Shown: piece by piece, positions 10,812 through 22,078 of the stretch | Layout of the letters: every line of letters begins with the position of its first letter | Numbering within the stretch: the stretch's first letter is position 1 | Source of the DNA: Prochlorococcus sp. AG-347-K19 | GTDB taxonomy: Bacteria > Cyanobacteriota > Cyanobacteriia > PCC-6307 > Cyanobiaceae | Direction of reading: 5' to 3' | Length of the DNA stretch: 64,000 nucleotides | Assembly (NCBI GenBank): GCA_003281335.1 | Contig: QCCG01000004.1 | Location: forward strand, 3,804 to 67,803 | Position numbers and translations under genes: made by a program | Notes under the pieces: model-generated | What the model was told of the DNA's origin: nothing | Database searches by the model: none | The model's input: the letters and a program-made list of their open reading frames with translations, nothing else

Positions 10812-12956
10812 TTGATCAAAAGTATTATGCAAAAACATTTTTTAAAATTCGGAAAGGTTTTCACAAATGTTGCCTGCTCACCCTTGATTTTGATATCAAA
10901 TAATTCAGAACTCGCTGCTAAGTATTTGCCAAATGACATTGATCAATCAATAAAAACCTTAGAAATTCCAAATACTAATAATGGTTTATTTCAAGGGATT
11001 GATATCAAACAAGATAAATATTTCCTTCTTGCAGAAAATAATAATACTGATGAAAAAAGTGTTCTTATTTCAGAAATTATTATAGAAGGTTGGGAAAATC
11101 ATCCTGAGGGTAGAAAACTTGAATTGGCTGCATATGATTCTATGAGCATTAAGCCAGGGAGTATTGTTGATAATCAAATTTTAAATCAAGACATTAATGC
11201 AATATATGCTAGTGGCTGGTTTTCAGGAGTTAAAATAAAGTCTCAAGATGGGCCACTAGGCGTAAGGCTAATTGTAAATGTAGTGCCTAATCCAATTTTG
11301 AAAAAAGTTGAACTTAAACCAATAAACTCTGTAATCTCCAATGAATATGTAGATGGTATTTTTAATAATTATTATGGAACAACTCTTAACTTAAACGAAT
11401 TGCAAAATAAGATAGAAATAATAAAAAAACGTTATGAAAAAGAGGGTTATTCTTTAGCTAGAATAAGTGGCCCCGATAGAATCTCTGAGAACGGAGTAGT
11501 AAAATTAAAAGTTTATGAGGGCATTATATCTGATGTAAAAATAAGATTCCCAGATTCTGAGGGTAAATTTTTAATTGATGGAAAACCTAGAAAAGGGAAA
11601 ACAAAAGATTGGGTGATAAAGAGAGAATTAAAAACAAAACCTGGTTCAATATTTAATAGAAAAATTTTAGAAGCTGATATAGGCAGACTCTATGCCACAT
11701 CATTATTTGATGATGTAAAGGTTTCTCTTGGGGCTGATAATTTAAATCCTGGTCAAGTCATAATTTTTTTAGACTTGAGTGAGCAAAGAACAGGATCATT
11801 AACAGGTGGACTTGGTTATAGCAATGGTTCAGGTATCTTCGCCTCGATTGGTTTACAAGAATCAAATGCACTAGGAAGAGCATGGTCTACAAATTTAAAT
11901 CTAAATTTCGGAGAATATTCAACCACTTATAATTTTTCATTATCTGATCCATGGATTAAAGGTGATAAACACAAAACATCTTTTAGAACAAATATTTTTT
12001 TAAGTAGAGATTATCCACAAGAATTTAAAAGTGAAAATAACGGGCGCATATACGCAGTAGATGATACTAATACTTCAACCTCTGATACTTTTTCATCAAT
12101 AGTTTTAGAAAAAACAGGCGGTGGATTTTCTTTCTCAAGGCCTTTTAATGGTGGAGATCCATTTAAGGTCGCTAAATGGAGAGTTCTTGCAGGGATGAAT
12201 TTTAAGAAAGTAAAGATGATTGATGGTGATGGGAATAGAAAACCTTACGGTGACGTGACTCCAACTACAGGAAATATTAATGATATTATCTGTATTGGAT
12301 TTACACCGAATGATGGTTCATGTCCTGATGAAAATACATTAGTTAGTTTTATCGCGAGTACCTCCAGAAATAATTTGAACAATTCCCTCAACCCAACTAC
12401 AGGAAATAAATTTACCTTTGGTACCGAACAATTTGTTTCAATGGGGAAAAACTCTCCAACTTTTAATAGAATGAGAGCTTCATATGCATTTTTTATACCA
12501 ACAAAAATAATAAATTTAACTAAGGCATGTAAGTCTAGCGATTCTACGAGCGAAGACTGCCCTCAAGCTTTTGGATTTCAATTTAAGGCAGGAACTATAC
12601 TTGGGGAATTGCCTCCTTACGAAGCATTTTGTATGGGAGGAACATCATCTGTTAGAGGTTGGGGATCTTGTGATCTAGCTGTAAGTAAAAGTTTTGTTGA
12701 GGGCACTGCAGAATATAGATTCCCTGTTTGGAGAATGATATCAGGATCTTTATTCTTCGATGCAGGAAGTGATCTAGGCTCTCAAAAAGAAGTCCCTGGG
12801 AAACCAGGTAAATTATTGCAGAAATCAGGTTCTGGTTTTTCCCTTGGAGGGGGCGTTGGGGTTAAAACACCAATAGGTCCCTTAAGATTAGATGTTGCTA
12901 GCAAGGACCTAAGCGGGGATTGGAGATATACACTTGGAGTTGGATGGAAGTTTTAA
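10812..12956 (+). CDS. bamA: Outer-membrane protein assembly factor, BamA/Omp85 (Toc75-like)
   Basis: POTRA-like repeats followed by a beta-barrel ending in ...YTLGVGWKF (terminal aromatic). Heads the lpxC-fabZ-lpxA-lpxB cluster. Confidence 0.85.
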   Translation: MIKSIMQKHFLKFGKVFTNVACSPLILISNNSELAAKYLPNDIDQSIKTLEIPNTNNGLFQGIDIKQDKYFLLAENNNTDEKSVLISEIIIEGWENHPEGRKLELAAYDSMSIKPGSIVDNQILNQDINAIYASGWFSGVKIKSQDGPLGVRLIVNVVPNPILKKVELKPINSVISNEYVDGIFNNYYGTTLNLNELQNKIEIIKKRYEKEGYSLARISGPDRISENGVVKLKVYEGIISDVKIRFPDSEGKFLIDGKPRKGKTKDWVIKRELKTKPGSIFNRKILEADIGRLYATSLFDDVKVSLGADNLNPGQVIIFLDLSEQRTGSLTGGLGYSNGSGIFASIGLQESNALGRAWSTNLNLNFGEYSTTYNFSLSDPWIKGDKHKTSFRTNIFLSRDYPQEFKSENNGRIYAVDDTNTSTSDTFSSIVLEKTGGGFSFSRPFNGGDPFKVAKWRVLAGMNFKKVKMIDGDGNRKPYGDVTPTTGNINDIICIGFTPNDGSCPDENTLVSFIASTSRNNLNNSLNPTTGNKFTFGTEQFVSMGKNSPTFNRMRASYAFFIPTKIINLTKACKSSDSTSEDCPQAFGFQFKAGTILGELPPYEAFCMGGTSSVRGWGSCDLAVSKSFVEGTAEYRFPVWRMISGSLFFDAGSDLGSQKEVPGKPGKLLQKSGSGFSLGGGVGVKTPIGPLRLDVASKDLSGDWRYTLGVGWKF

Positions 12957-13793
12957 GTGTTTTCTTGGCCTGCTAATTATGATTATTGCTATACCTTGGC
13001 TGGTGTTATCTCTAGAGAGGGCATAGGCTTACACAGTGGAGAAAAAACTAGAGTGACAATTTCTTCCTATGAGAAAGAAGGATATTATGTATCTTTTAAG
13101 GATAAACCTAACGAGATTTTTAAGTTAACTCAGGATTTAATTGGAAGTACGATGCTTTGTACGGCTGTTAAATTAGGAGGGAGAAATCTATATACTATCG
13201 AACATTTATTATCTTCAATGGCAGGTTGTGGGTTAAGTTATATACACATTCAGGTTGATGGGAGAGAGATTCCTCTTTTAGATGGATCGGCAATCCAGTG
13301 GGTTAGAGATTTTGAAGAAGTTGGGATAAAAAAGGCACCAAGACCAGATAATTTCTTTCGTGAGATTAATAAATCAATAATTTTAAACAAAGATGGCTCA
13401 GTTATAGCAGCAACTCCTGCTGAAAAAACTACCATTATATCTACTATAAGTTTTGCCTATCAAGCAATCGGAGATCAAACTTTTGTGATTGATTTAAATC
13501 CAAAAAGTTTTGTTGAAATGATTGCTCCTGCCAGGACATTTGGGTTTAAAGATCAATTCCAAGAGTTAAGTGAACTTGGATTAATAAAAGGCGGAAGTTT
13601 GGAAAATGCCCTTGTTTGTGACGGGGATAAATGGGTTAATCCACCATTAAGATTTGATAATGAACCAATAAGACATAAAATTTTAGACCTAATTGGGGAC
13701 TTGGCTTTGGTAGGGTTACCTAAGGCTCAAATTTTAGTTTATAAAGGATCACATTCTTTAAATGCTTTATTGGCCTCATCGCTAAAAAATTAA
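12957..13793 (+). CDS. lpxC: UDP-3-O-acyl-N-acetylglucosamine deacetylase
   Basis: [12 protein letters not shown]...[14 protein letters not shown]...[12 protein letters not shown] are LpxC motifs. GTG start abuts the bamA stop. Confidence 0.9.
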   Translation: MFSWPANYDYCYTLAGVISREGIGLHSGEKTRVTISSYEKEGYYVSFKDKPNEIFKLTQDLIGSTMLCTAVKLGGRNLYTIEHLLSSMAGCGLSYIHIQVDGREIPLLDGSAIQWVRDFEEVGIKKAPRPDNFFREINKSIILNKDGSVIAATPAEKTTIISTISFAYQAIGDQTFVIDLNPKSFVEMIAPARTFGFKDQFQELSELGLIKGGSLENALVCDGDKWVNPPLRFDNEPIRHKILDLIGDLALVGLPKAQILVYKGSHSLNALLASSLKN

Positions 13794-13810
13794 CTTTATT
13801 TTTATTTGTT

Positions 13811-14269
13811 TTGGAAAAGAAATTATCCAGTGAAAATAATCAACTTTCCTCTGAGCACATACTAGGTTTGTTACCTCACAGATATCCCTTCGCTCTTGTG
13901 GACAAAGTCATAGAGCATATTCCTGGGGAGAGAGCTATTGCTGTAAAAAATGTAACTATAAATGAGCCTCAATTTCAGGGACACTTTCCTGAGAGACCCT
14001 TGATGCCTGGGGTTCTTATTGTTGAATCAATGGCTCAAGTTGGTGGCATAATTGTAACTCAAATGCCCGATCTTCCTAAAGGACTTTTTGTCTTTGCTGG
14101 AATCAATAATGTTAAGTTCAGAAAACCAGTTGTACCTGGAGATCAATTGATAATTTCTTGTGAGTTATTATCTATTAAAAGACAAAGATTTGGGAAGATT
14201 AAAGGTGAGGCGCATGTTGATGGGAAGTTGGTTTGCGCTGGAGAATTAATGTTTTCTTTAGTTGATTAG
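13811..14269 (+). CDS. fabZ: 3-hydroxyacyl-ACP dehydratase
   Basis: [13 protein letters not shown]...[22 protein letters not shown] is the canonical FabZ hot-dog motif. Confidence 0.95.
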   Translation: MEKKLSSENNQLSSEHILGLLPHRYPFALVDKVIEHIPGERAIAVKNVTINEPQFQGHFPERPLMPGVLIVESMAQVGGIIVTQMPDLPKGLFVFAGINNVKFRKPVVPGDQLIISCELLSIKRQRFGKIKGEAHVDGKLVCAGELMFSLVD

Positions 14270-14273
14270 GAAT

Positions 14274-15116
14274 ATGGATCGTAAAAATACTGAATCAAAT
14301 GCAATCTTTAGTGGTGTAACAGTGCATCCAAATGCTTATGTTGATCCAAGTGCCGAATTAGATGATGGGGTTATTGTCTCTCAAGGAGCTATTGTCGGAC
14401 CTGATGTGACTATCGGGAAAGGTACTGAAATAGGCCCAAATGCTGTTATTTCAGGAAGAACTCAAATTGGTAAAAATAATAAAGTTTTCCCAAGTGTTTT
14501 TATTGGTCTTGATCCCCAGGACCTCAAATATAAAGGGGCCCCTACTGAAGTAATTATTGGAGATAATAATACTTTTAGAGAATGTGTAACTATTAATAAG
14601 GCCACCGATGAAGGAGAAAAAACTATTATTGGTAATAATAATTTGTTAATGGCTTATAGTCACATTGGCCATAATTGCGAACTTGGAAATAGGATAGTTT
14701 TATCAAATAGCGTTCAAGTAGCAGGCCATGTAAAGATTGAAGATAAAGCTATTATTGGCGGATGTTTAGGAATTCATCAATTTGTACATGTTGGATATTT
14801 AGCAATGATTGGAGGAATGACAAGAGTAGATAGAGACGTACCTCCTTTTTGTTTAGCAGAAGGACATCCAGGAAGATTAAGAGGTTTGAATAGGATTGGA
14901 ATTAAAAGAAGTGGTTTGATGGAAAATAAGGATTTTGATTTAAAACTTTTGCAAACTACTTGGAATCTCCTTTTTAAATCTAATGATGCGATTTCAAATT
15001 CATTAGAAAAAGCAATGAAAGGAGAATTAGATCTTTCATCTTCAAAATTATGTAGTTTTTTAAAAGAATCAATATCTAAAGAAAGGCGCGGACCAATGCC
15101 TTTAGTTAATTTATGA
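14274..15116 (+). CDS. lpxA: Acyl-ACP--UDP-N-acetylglucosamine O-acyltransferase
   Basis: Left-handed beta-helix hexapeptide repeats and C-terminal LpxA domain. I chose the ATG at 14274; the ORF-track TTG at 14262 overlaps fabZ. Confidence 0.9.
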   Translation: MDRKNTESNAIFSGVTVHPNAYVDPSAELDDGVIVSQGAIVGPDVTIGKGTEIGPNAVISGRTQIGKNNKVFPSVFIGLDPQDLKYKGAPTEVIIGDNNTFRECVTINKATDEGEKTIIGNNNLLMAYSHIGHNCELGNRIVLSNSVQVAGHVKIEDKAIIGGCLGIHQFVHVGYLAMIGGMTRVDRDVPPFCLAEGHPGRLRGLNRIGIKRSGLMENKDFDLKLLQTTWNLLFKSNDAISNSLEKAMKGELDLSSSKLCSFLKESISKERRGPMPLVNL

Positions 15117-16291
15117 ATAAAAAGATATTTATAAGCACTGGGGAAGTCTCCGGAGATTTGCACGGAAGTTTATTATCAAAAGCATTATTAGATGAAGCTA
15201 AAAAACAATCAATAGATTTAGAAATTTGCGGATTAGGTGGGGAAAGGATGCAGAAAGAAGGCGTAAAAATTCTTCAGGATACTACATCTATAAGTGCAAT
15301 TGGAATTTGGGAGGCTTTACCTCTTATTCTTCCAACAATAATAATTCAAAAAAGATTTTATAAATTATTAAAAAAATATCCTCCAGATTGCTTAATTTTG
15401 ATTGACTATATGGGGCCCAATATAAAAATTGGAACTAAATTAAAAAAATCGAAGACTAATATTCCAATTTTTTACTATATTGCTCCTCAAGAATGGGCTT
15501 GGAGGGTTGGCAATAATACTACAACAAATCTAATAAATTTTTCTGATAAAATTTTTGCGATTTTTAAAAAAGAAGCAGCTTTTTATAAAAAGAGAGGTGG
15601 AAATGTTTTTTGGGTTGGACATCCAATGATTGACTTAACAAAAAAACTTCCTTTAAAGAAAGATGCTCGAACTATTCTAAGACTTCGTCCAGATCAAAAT
15701 ATACTACTTTTAATGCCCGCATCAAGACCTCAAGAATTAAAATATATTTTACCTACTTTTATGCAGGCGGCTAGAAAATTACAACTAAAATATCCAAGTT
15801 TAGTTGTCTGTATTCCCTCATGCCGAAGAGATTTTGATGAAAAATTCAAAAAATCCTTTAGAAAATATCAAGTTAAAGGGCTTGTAGTTTCTCAAAAAGA
15901 TAGTGCAAAATTAAAGCCTTATATTTATTCGCTCACTAAAATTGCCCTTTGTAAATCTGGGACAGTCAATATGGAATTAGCTTTATATGAAATCCCACAG
16001 ATTGTTGGTTATAGAGTAAGTAGGGTAACTGCTTTTATTGCTAAAAAAATCCTCAATTTCAAAGTAAGATTTATTTCTCCTGTAAATTTGTTAATTAATA
16101 AACTAATAATCCCCGAGTTTGTCCAGAAAGACTTTGACGAAAAGAAAATCTTCTATAAATCTTGTAGGATTCTTGAGGGCAAGTCAGAAAAAATAAAAAT
16201 AAAAAAAGGTTATGCTTTTTTAAAAAAAGAATTAGGTGAAAAGGGCGTAGTACAGAGAGCTGCTAAAGAGATTATTAATTCTATTATTTGA
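15113..16291 (+). CDS. lpxB: Lipid-A-disaccharide synthase
   Basis: IFISTGEVSGDLHG...YYIAPQEWAWR...CKSGTVNMELAL are LpxB motifs. ATGA start/stop overlap with lpxA. Confidence 0.9.
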   Translation: MNKKIFISTGEVSGDLHGSLLSKALLDEAKKQSIDLEICGLGGERMQKEGVKILQDTTSISAIGIWEALPLILPTIIIQKRFYKLLKKYPPDCLILIDYMGPNIKIGTKLKKSKTNIPIFYYIAPQEWAWRVGNNTTTNLINFSDKIFAIFKKEAAFYKKRGGNVFWVGHPMIDLTKKLPLKKDARTILRLRPDQNILLLMPASRPQELKYILPTFMQAARKLQLKYPSLVVCIPSCRRDFDEKFKKSFRKYQVKGLVVSQKDSAKLKPYIYSLTKIALCKSGTVNMELALYEIPQIVGYRVSRVTAFIAKKILNFKVRFISPVNLLINKLIIPEFVQKDFDEKKIFYKSCRILEGKSEKIKIKKGYAFLKKELGEKGVVQRAAKEIINSII

Positions 16292-16307
16292 ACTTTATAA
16301 TAAAAAA

Positions 16308-16910
16308 ATGAAATATTTCTTACCTTTAATAATTGCTCTTTCGATATTCATTAACCCTGTAAATACTTTTGCAGAAGAATTGATTCTTGCAGGAGGTTGT
16401 TTTTGGTGTTTAGAACATGATTTAGAATCATTGAAGGGGATAAATTTCGTACAAAGTGGCTATTCAGGTGGAGATTTACAAAATCCTTCCTACGAAAATC
16501 ATGAAGGACATCAGGAAGTGGTTTTAGTGGACTATGAATCCCAATTAGTTACTTTACACGAAATACTTAGGTTATATTTCAGAAATATCGATCCTCTGGA
16601 CGGTAAGGGTCAATTTTGTGATCGTGGAGATTCTTATAGGCCTGTGATCTTTTTCAAAGATGAAACTGAGGAAAGTGTTGCAAAAAATGCAATTTTTTCT
16701 GCCTCTAATGAGTTGCGAGTGCCATTAGAAAAAATATCTGTAGAACTTAAATCAAAAGGTAAATTTTGGTTGGCTGAAGAATACCATCAGGATTTTGCTG
16801 AGAGAAATGAACTAAAATATAAGTTTTACAGATACACATGTGGGAGAGATCAAAGGTTGGATAAATTATGGGGGGATAACGCTAGATCAACAAATCTTTG
16901 GGCTGAATGA
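16308..16910 (+). CDS. msrA: Peptide-methionine (S)-S-oxide reductase MsrA with predicted N-terminal signal peptide
   Basis: GGCFWCLE active-site motif preceded by MKYFLPLIIALSIFINPVNTFA. Confidence 0.93.
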   Translation: MKYFLPLIIALSIFINPVNTFAEELILAGGCFWCLEHDLESLKGINFVQSGYSGGDLQNPSYENHEGHQEVVLVDYESQLVTLHEILRLYFRNIDPLDGKGQFCDRGDSYRPVIFFKDETEESVAKNAIFSASNELRVPLEKISVELKSKGKFWLAEEYHQDFAERNELKYKFYRYTCGRDQRLDKLWGDNARSTNLWAE

Positions 16911-16922
16911 TTTTAGATATAA

Positions 16923-18395
16923 TTATTTATTTTTAATCCATTGAACAAGAGTTTTAACTCCAAAACCGGTTGCACCTGATGGATTAATCCCCTTATTCTT
17001 ATCAGTCCAACAAGTCCCAGCAATATCAATATGAGCCCATTTAATTTCTTTATCAAAGAATTCCTCTAAAAACAAAGCTGCAGTAATTGACCCACCTGCC
17101 CTAGGGCCTGTATTTTTCATGTCAGCTATATGAGACTTTAAGCCTTCTTTATAAGATTTTTGTAAAGGCATTTGCCATAATTCTTCTCCAGCTTGGGCTG
17201 ATGCCGCTTTTAGATCATTTGCTAGATCATCATTATTGCTCCAGTATCCAGCTACATCATTCCCTAATGCAACAACAATAGCTCCTGTTAAAGTGGCGAG
17301 ATCTATTATTGAATCCGGTTTTAAATTAGATGCGTAAGTTAAAGCATCAGCTAACGTGAGTCTTCCCTCTGCATCAGTATTATTTATTTCAATTGTCTTA
17401 CCATTAGATGCCTTAACTACATCTCCAGGATGTACTGCAGATCCATTTATCATGTTTTCGCAAGCTGCCACAATAAAATGTATTTCGAGCCCCTTTGGTT
17501 TTATTGCCCCAAGTGCTTTTGCTGCTCCTAAAACTGCAGCACTTCCGCCCATATCATATTTCATCATCTCAATTTGAGAGGCTCCTACTTTCAGGTTGTA
17601 TCCTCCAGAATCAAAGGTTAAACCCTTCCCAACAAGCGCAATCTTTTCTTTTATTGGACCCTCTGACTTCAAAGTAAGATGAATAAATTTAGGATCTAGA
17701 TCAGAACCTTTTGCTACAGCTAAATATGCACCCATTCCTAAATCTTCACATTCTTTTGCCTCTAAAATTTTTACTTCCAAACCATGATCTTTTGCTATTT
17801 GAGAAGCTTGTATGGACATTTCATGGGGCGTAAGACTATTTGGTGGAGCGGCTACAAGTCTTCTGGCTAGTTCTACTCCTTCACATATTTTTTCTGTCTC
17901 TTCAAAGCTAGCATTCTCAATTTTCTTTAAATTCAAAAACTCTATTTCTTTAAGCACTATCTCTTCATCTTTTTTCTTATTGAATCTATTGTCCTTATAA
18001 GCAGATAATCTTGCTGACTCTGCTAATTGATTAATTTCTAGTTGAGAATTTATTAATTCCCAAGGAAGCAAGATGCTGATTTTTTCATTTTTATCAACAG
18101 TTTTTCTAATTAGATTTCCTATTGAGTTTTCTATATCACTTTTATTTAGGCTTTTTGATTTACCAAGACCAACTATGGTTAAAGTTTCTAGTTTTTGATC
18201 TAAAAATTCAAAGCTTAGAGTTTTTCCTTTTTCTCCCTTGAATTTTTTTTGATTAACTTTTTTTATTAATAATTTTGGATCAACAACAAATTTTATGTTT
18301 TCAAGTTGGCTGGCAATTTCTTCCTCTAAAACTCCAAAAATTAATGAAGCACCTTGCCAGTTATCTAGATTTTTTTGGAATGTGGTAAATTGCAT
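16923..18395 (-). CDS. pepA: Leucyl aminopeptidase (M17)
   Basis: [15 protein letters not shown] and [14 protein letters not shown] are M17 signatures. Confidence 0.95.
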   Translation of the reverse strand: MQFTTFQKNLDNWQGASLIFGVLEEEIASQLENIKFVVDPKLLIKKVNQKKFKGEKGKTLSFEFLDQKLETLTIVGLGKSKSLNKSDIENSIGNLIRKTVDKNEKISILLPWELINSQLEINQLAESARLSAYKDNRFNKKKDEEIVLKEIEFLNLKKIENASFEETEKICEGVELARRLVAAPPNSLTPHEMSIQASQIAKDHGLEVKILEAKECEDLGMGAYLAVAKGSDLDPKFIHLTLKSEGPIKEKIALVGKGLTFDSGGYNLKVGASQIEMMKYDMGGSAAVLGAAKALGAIKPKGLEIHFIVAACENMINGSAVHPGDVVKASNGKTIEINNTDAEGRLTLADALTYASNLKPDSIIDLATLTGAIVVALGNDVAGYWSNNDDLANDLKAASAQAGEELWQMPLQKSYKEGLKSHIADMKNTGPRAGGSITAALFLEEFFDKEIKWAHIDIAGTCWTDKNKGINPSGATGFGVKTLVQWIKNK

Positions 18396-18419
18396 TTGTA
18401 AAATGGATTTAATTAACTT

Positions 18420-18716
18420 TTAGTTATTTGTGAAAGTGGTTGCCCACCTATCTCGGGTTTCTTTATTAAAAGGTGGTAACCATAAATATATCAGTTGCTG
18501 CTCTAATTTACGTCTTAATTTTACTTCTTTAGGTACATCTAAGAAGAAACGAATATCTTGGTGACTCGAGAGGTTGTTATAGGCTAGGGCTTCTTTATAA
18601 TTCATGAGGTAATTTTTACAGTCATGTTCTCCCTTCCATCTTTTATTGGCTAAGTTTGTTTCTCCTATATAAAGGATTATTTTAGAACTTTTCATCGAGT
18701 CAATTACAAAATACAT
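18420..18716 (-). CDS. GIY-YIG-like conserved hypothetical protein, C-terminal portion of an apparently split gene
   Basis: MYFVID...ILYIGETN...RWKGEHDCKNY...LWLPPFNKE has a GIY-YIG-like core. This frame is also open 39 nt upstream of the ATG (see finding). Confidence 0.5.
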   Translation of the reverse strand: MYFVIDSMKSSKIILYIGETNLANKRWKGEHDCKNYLMNYKEALAYNNLSSHQDIRFFLDVPKEVKLRRKLEQQLIYLWLPPFNKETRDRWATTFTNN

Positions 18717-19029
18717 TGCTGGACCATTGTGTATATTGATTGGTTCTCCAAAAGTTCAATGATAATGGCTGTAGGGAAAAAGGATCAATTTTTCTTTCAT
18801 CGGAAATTATATTTACAGGTAAACTTGTCTGGTGCAAAGTTTTAGTGTGAGCATCTTTTGAAATTTTGGATTGGTGATTATGTATCCTATTTCTCCATTC
18901 AGTTATGATTTCTCCTTCGATTTTTAAATTATTTGTTTGTCGAAAATTAATTGATGTATTTACATTTGAACCAAATAATTCAAATTGTCTATTTTGATTT
19001 GAAGTATTATTTAAGTTGAATTTTTCCAA
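18700..19029 (-). CDS. Hypothetical protein, probable N-terminal portion of the split GIY-YIG-like gene
   Basis: 109-codon ORF ending 17 nt inside the downstream ORF in another frame. No recognisable domain. Confidence 0.4.
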   Translation of the reverse strand: MEKFNLNNTSNQNRQFELFGSNVNTSINFRQTNNLKIEGEIITEWRNRIHNHQSKISKDAHTKTLHQTSLPVNIISDERKIDPFSLQPLSLNFWRTNQYTQWSSNVFCN

Positions 19030-19180
19030 TATTTATGAAACATGTCTACTAAATTTAATTCTGAAAAAATATAAATCAAAGAATTATTTATAAACTAAAA
19101 TTTATTAATGTTCTAATCAATTTAAAAGATTCTTGTTATCTTGTAATTGAGCCTTAATCTTGCGAAGTAAAAAAATAGAA

Positions 19181-19504
19181 ATGGGATTCTTTGAGTCAGA
19201 CATCGTTCAAGAAGAAGCTAAAAAGCTTTTTACAGATTACCAAGAACTTATGAAACTTGGATCTGATTATGGAAAATTTGACAGAGAAGGTAAAAAAATG
19301 TTTATAAAAAAAATGGAATCCCTGATGGATCGTTATAAGGTTTTTATGAAGAGATTTGAATTGTCTGAAGATTTTCAAGCCAAAATGACAGTAGAACAAT
19401 TAAAGACACAGTTAAGTCAATTTGGGATTACTCCTGATCAAATGTTCGATCAGATGAATAAAACCTTAATAAGAATGAAGGATGAACTTGATAAAACTTC
19501 TTAA
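19181..19504 (+). CDS. Conserved cyanobacterial hypothetical protein (DUF1825-like, tentative)
   Basis: MGFFESDIVQEEAKKLFTDYQEL... is helical and charged. I prefer the ATG at 19181 over the track's TTG at 19160. Family name is from memory only. Confidence 0.55.
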   Translation: MGFFESDIVQEEAKKLFTDYQELMKLGSDYGKFDREGKKMFIKKMESLMDRYKVFMKRFELSEDFQAKMTVEQLKTQLSQFGITPDQMFDQMNKTLIRMKDELDKTS

Positions 19505-19523
19505 ATTAAATTGTTAAAACTTC

Positions 19524-20762
19524 ATGTCAGATAATTTAATATTGCCATCATGGTTGTCAAGAGGAATAGAAGAATATTTTCCAAATAGGGGAACAGATCA
19601 AACCTTTTCGGAGATAATTGATTATGCGAAAAAAAATAATAAAAAATTAAGGGTTAAACTCGGGATCGATCCAACTGGAACAGATATTCATCTTGGGCAC
19701 AGCATATTGTTTAAAAAACTTAGGGCATTCCAAGATAATGGACATATTGCAGTTTTAATTATTGGAGATTTTACTGCTCAAATTGGAGACCCAACCGGAA
19801 AAAACAAAACAAGAGTTCAGTTATCGGAGAAACAAGTTAAGGATAATGCAAAAACATACTTAACCCAATTAGGGATGGGAAAGCCAGCTAATGAATCTAT
19901 TTTAGATTTTGATTCAAAAGACAGAATAGAAATTAGATATAACAGTGAATGGTTAAAAGGATTAAATCTCAATTCGATAATTGAATTAATGGGGAGTGCA
20001 ACAGTTAGTCAAATGTTAGCTAAGGAGGAATTTAATAAAAGGTACACTTCGAAAGTTCCAATTGCTTTGCATGAATTCTTATATCCACTATTACAAGGTT
20101 ACGATTCGGTAGTTGTTCAATCAGATATTGAACTTGGTGGTACAGATCAGAAATTTAATATTGCAATAGGAAGAGATCTTCAAAGGCATTTTAAACAAGA
20201 CCCTCAATTTGGTGTTCTGCTGCCAATTTTGACAGGTTTAGATGGAATAAAGAAGATGAGTAAATCTGAATTTAATACCGTAGGTTTGACTGAAGATCCT
20301 CTTTCAATGTATTCAAAATTAGAAAAAGTACCCGATAATATAATACCTACCTATTTTGAATTACTTACTGAATTAGATTTAAGTTTTCTTGAAAACTCAA
20401 ATCCTCGTGAATTACAGAGAAGAATGGCTTTAGAAGTTACTACTTTATTCCATGGGGCCGAAGAAGCATTAAAGGCGCAATCAAACTGCGAAAAATTATT
20501 CCTTGGACACAAAGAAAAAGTTGGAGAAATCCCAGAGATTTCTTTAAAAGAGGTAGTTTTTCCAGTTAAGTTTTTTTACTTGTTAAGTGCTCTAAAACTT
20601 TTCAAATCTAGTAGTGAATCCAAAAGATCTATTAAAGGTGGAGGCGTGAAAATTGATAGTCAGAAAGTAATAAATCCTGATTTAGTTTTTAATTCAAAAA
20701 ATGATTTGGAAGGGAAAATTTTACAAATTGGGAAAAAAATAATTAAGAGGTTTGAAAACTGA
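19524..20762 (+). CDS. tyrS: Tyrosyl-tRNA synthetase
   Basis: Class I HIGH variant (DIHLGHS), KMSKS (KKMSKS) and a C-terminal S4-like domain. Confidence 0.95.
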   Translation: MSDNLILPSWLSRGIEEYFPNRGTDQTFSEIIDYAKKNNKKLRVKLGIDPTGTDIHLGHSILFKKLRAFQDNGHIAVLIIGDFTAQIGDPTGKNKTRVQLSEKQVKDNAKTYLTQLGMGKPANESILDFDSKDRIEIRYNSEWLKGLNLNSIIELMGSATVSQMLAKEEFNKRYTSKVPIALHEFLYPLLQGYDSVVVQSDIELGGTDQKFNIAIGRDLQRHFKQDPQFGVLLPILTGLDGIKKMSKSEFNTVGLTEDPLSMYSKLEKVPDNIIPTYFELLTELDLSFLENSNPRELQRRMALEVTTLFHGAEEALKAQSNCEKLFLGHKEKVGEIPEISLKEVVFPVKFFYLLSALKLFKSSSESKRSIKGGGVKIDSQKVINPDLVFNSKNDLEGKILQIGKKIIKRFEN

Positions 20763-20767
20763 AATTG

Positions 20768-21496
20768 ATGAAAAAAAGATTAAATTCAGAAGATAAAATA
20801 ATATTGGCAATTGATGGATTAGATTTAAGTCAAGCAAAATTACTTCTGGAAAAATGTCCTAATATAAAATGGGTTAAAGTTGGTTTAGAGCTTTTTGTTA
20901 GGGAAGGTCCAAGAGTTATTGAAATATTAAAAAGTTTAAATAAAAAAATTTTTTTAGACTTAAAATTTCATGATATTCCCAATACCATGCGTGCAGCATG
21001 TTTCCAAGTTTCAAAATTAGGGGTTGATATAATTTCTATTCATGCTTCAGCAGGTCTAAAAGCTCTGGAAGATTCGAAGTTAGCATCTTTAGAAGGGGCC
21101 ACCTCAGTTAGTCTTAAACCTCCATTTGTTGTAGGAATAACTGTTTTAACAAGCTTTTCTCTTAAAGATTTTCAAACTGATCTTGATAGAAATAATTCAA
21201 TTGAAGAAAATGTATTGAGACTTGCAAAATTGTCTTTTGATGCCGGATTAGATGGATGTGTTTGTTCCCCTTGGGAGGTAAAAATGTTGAGATCTATTTA
21301 TAAGGATAATTTTGAACTTATTACACCAGGTATTAGATTAAATATTGACAATAAAGATGATCAAAATAGAATCATGACTCCCCATGAAGCTATAGATAAT
21401 GGGGCTTCTAAGTTAGTCATTGGTAGATCAATATCAAAAGCTATAGATCCTAATAAAGCTCTAATAGAAATATTTAAATCTATTGATTCTGACTAA
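20768..21496 (+). CDS. pyrF: Orotidine 5'-phosphate decarboxylase
   Basis: ILAIDG...[12 protein letters not shown]...LVIGRSI are PyrF motifs. The 3' end overlaps convergent plsY by 17 nt. Confidence 0.92.
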   Translation: MKKRLNSEDKIILAIDGLDLSQAKLLLEKCPNIKWVKVGLELFVREGPRVIEILKSLNKKIFLDLKFHDIPNTMRAACFQVSKLGVDIISIHASAGLKALEDSKLASLEGATSVSLKPPFVVGITVLTSFSLKDFQTDLDRNNSIEENVLRLAKLSFDAGLDGCVCSPWEVKMLRSIYKDNFELITPGIRLNIDNKDDQNRIMTPHEAIDNGASKLVIGRSISKAIDPNKALIEIFKSIDSD

Positions 21497-22073
21497 TTTT
21501 GGATTCTTCTCCTTTAAGCAATCTTGTTATGTTTGTTCTATGTTTCCAGATTACTAATAATGCCACAATTAAACTTATGAAAAAATATGAGTGTATAAAT
21601 TTACCTAGGTAAAAAAACATAAAAATAGGAAGTAAGATTGCAGCTGAAATACTTGATAAAGAAACAAATTTAGTTTTTGTTAGGACTATTAAAAAAATCC
21701 CAAGAGATGCGAGTCCAACTTTCCAAGAAAGAGCTAAAAACATACCTAATCCAGTTGCAACTGCTTTCCCTCCTTTACCTCCAAGCCATATTGGCCAAAT
21801 ATGCCCTGAAATAGCGGATATCCCTGCTATAACTTCTATTAACCCTTGATCTGTGTAATATTGAGCAATTTTTACTGCAATAAGCCCTTTACCAACGTCA
21901 ATGATAAATACAAAAAGTGCTGGCCATTTACCAACATTTCTTAGAACATTTGTGGCACCTGTAGATCCAGAACCTATAGTTCTTAGATCTATATTCTTAA
22001 GATATTTTCCAATTAAAAAGCCTGTAGGAAGTGATCCTAAAAGATAACTTGTAAAAATTATTAAGATATTCAT
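21480..22073 (-). CDS. plsY: Glycerol-3-phosphate acyltransferase PlsY
   Basis: [12 protein letters not shown] and [13 protein letters not shown] are PlsY motifs. Multi-TM protein. Confidence 0.92.
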   Translation of the reverse strand: MNILIIFTSYLLGSLPTGFLIGKYLKNIDLRTIGSGSTGATNVLRNVGKWPALFVFIIDVGKGLIAVKIAQYYTDQGLIEVIAGISAISGHIWPIWLGGKGGKAVATGLGMFLALSWKVGLASLGIFLIVLTKTKFVSLSSISAAILLPIFMFFYLGKFIHSYFFISLIVALLVIWKHRTNITRLLKGEESKISQNQ

Positions 22074-22078
22074 AAAGC

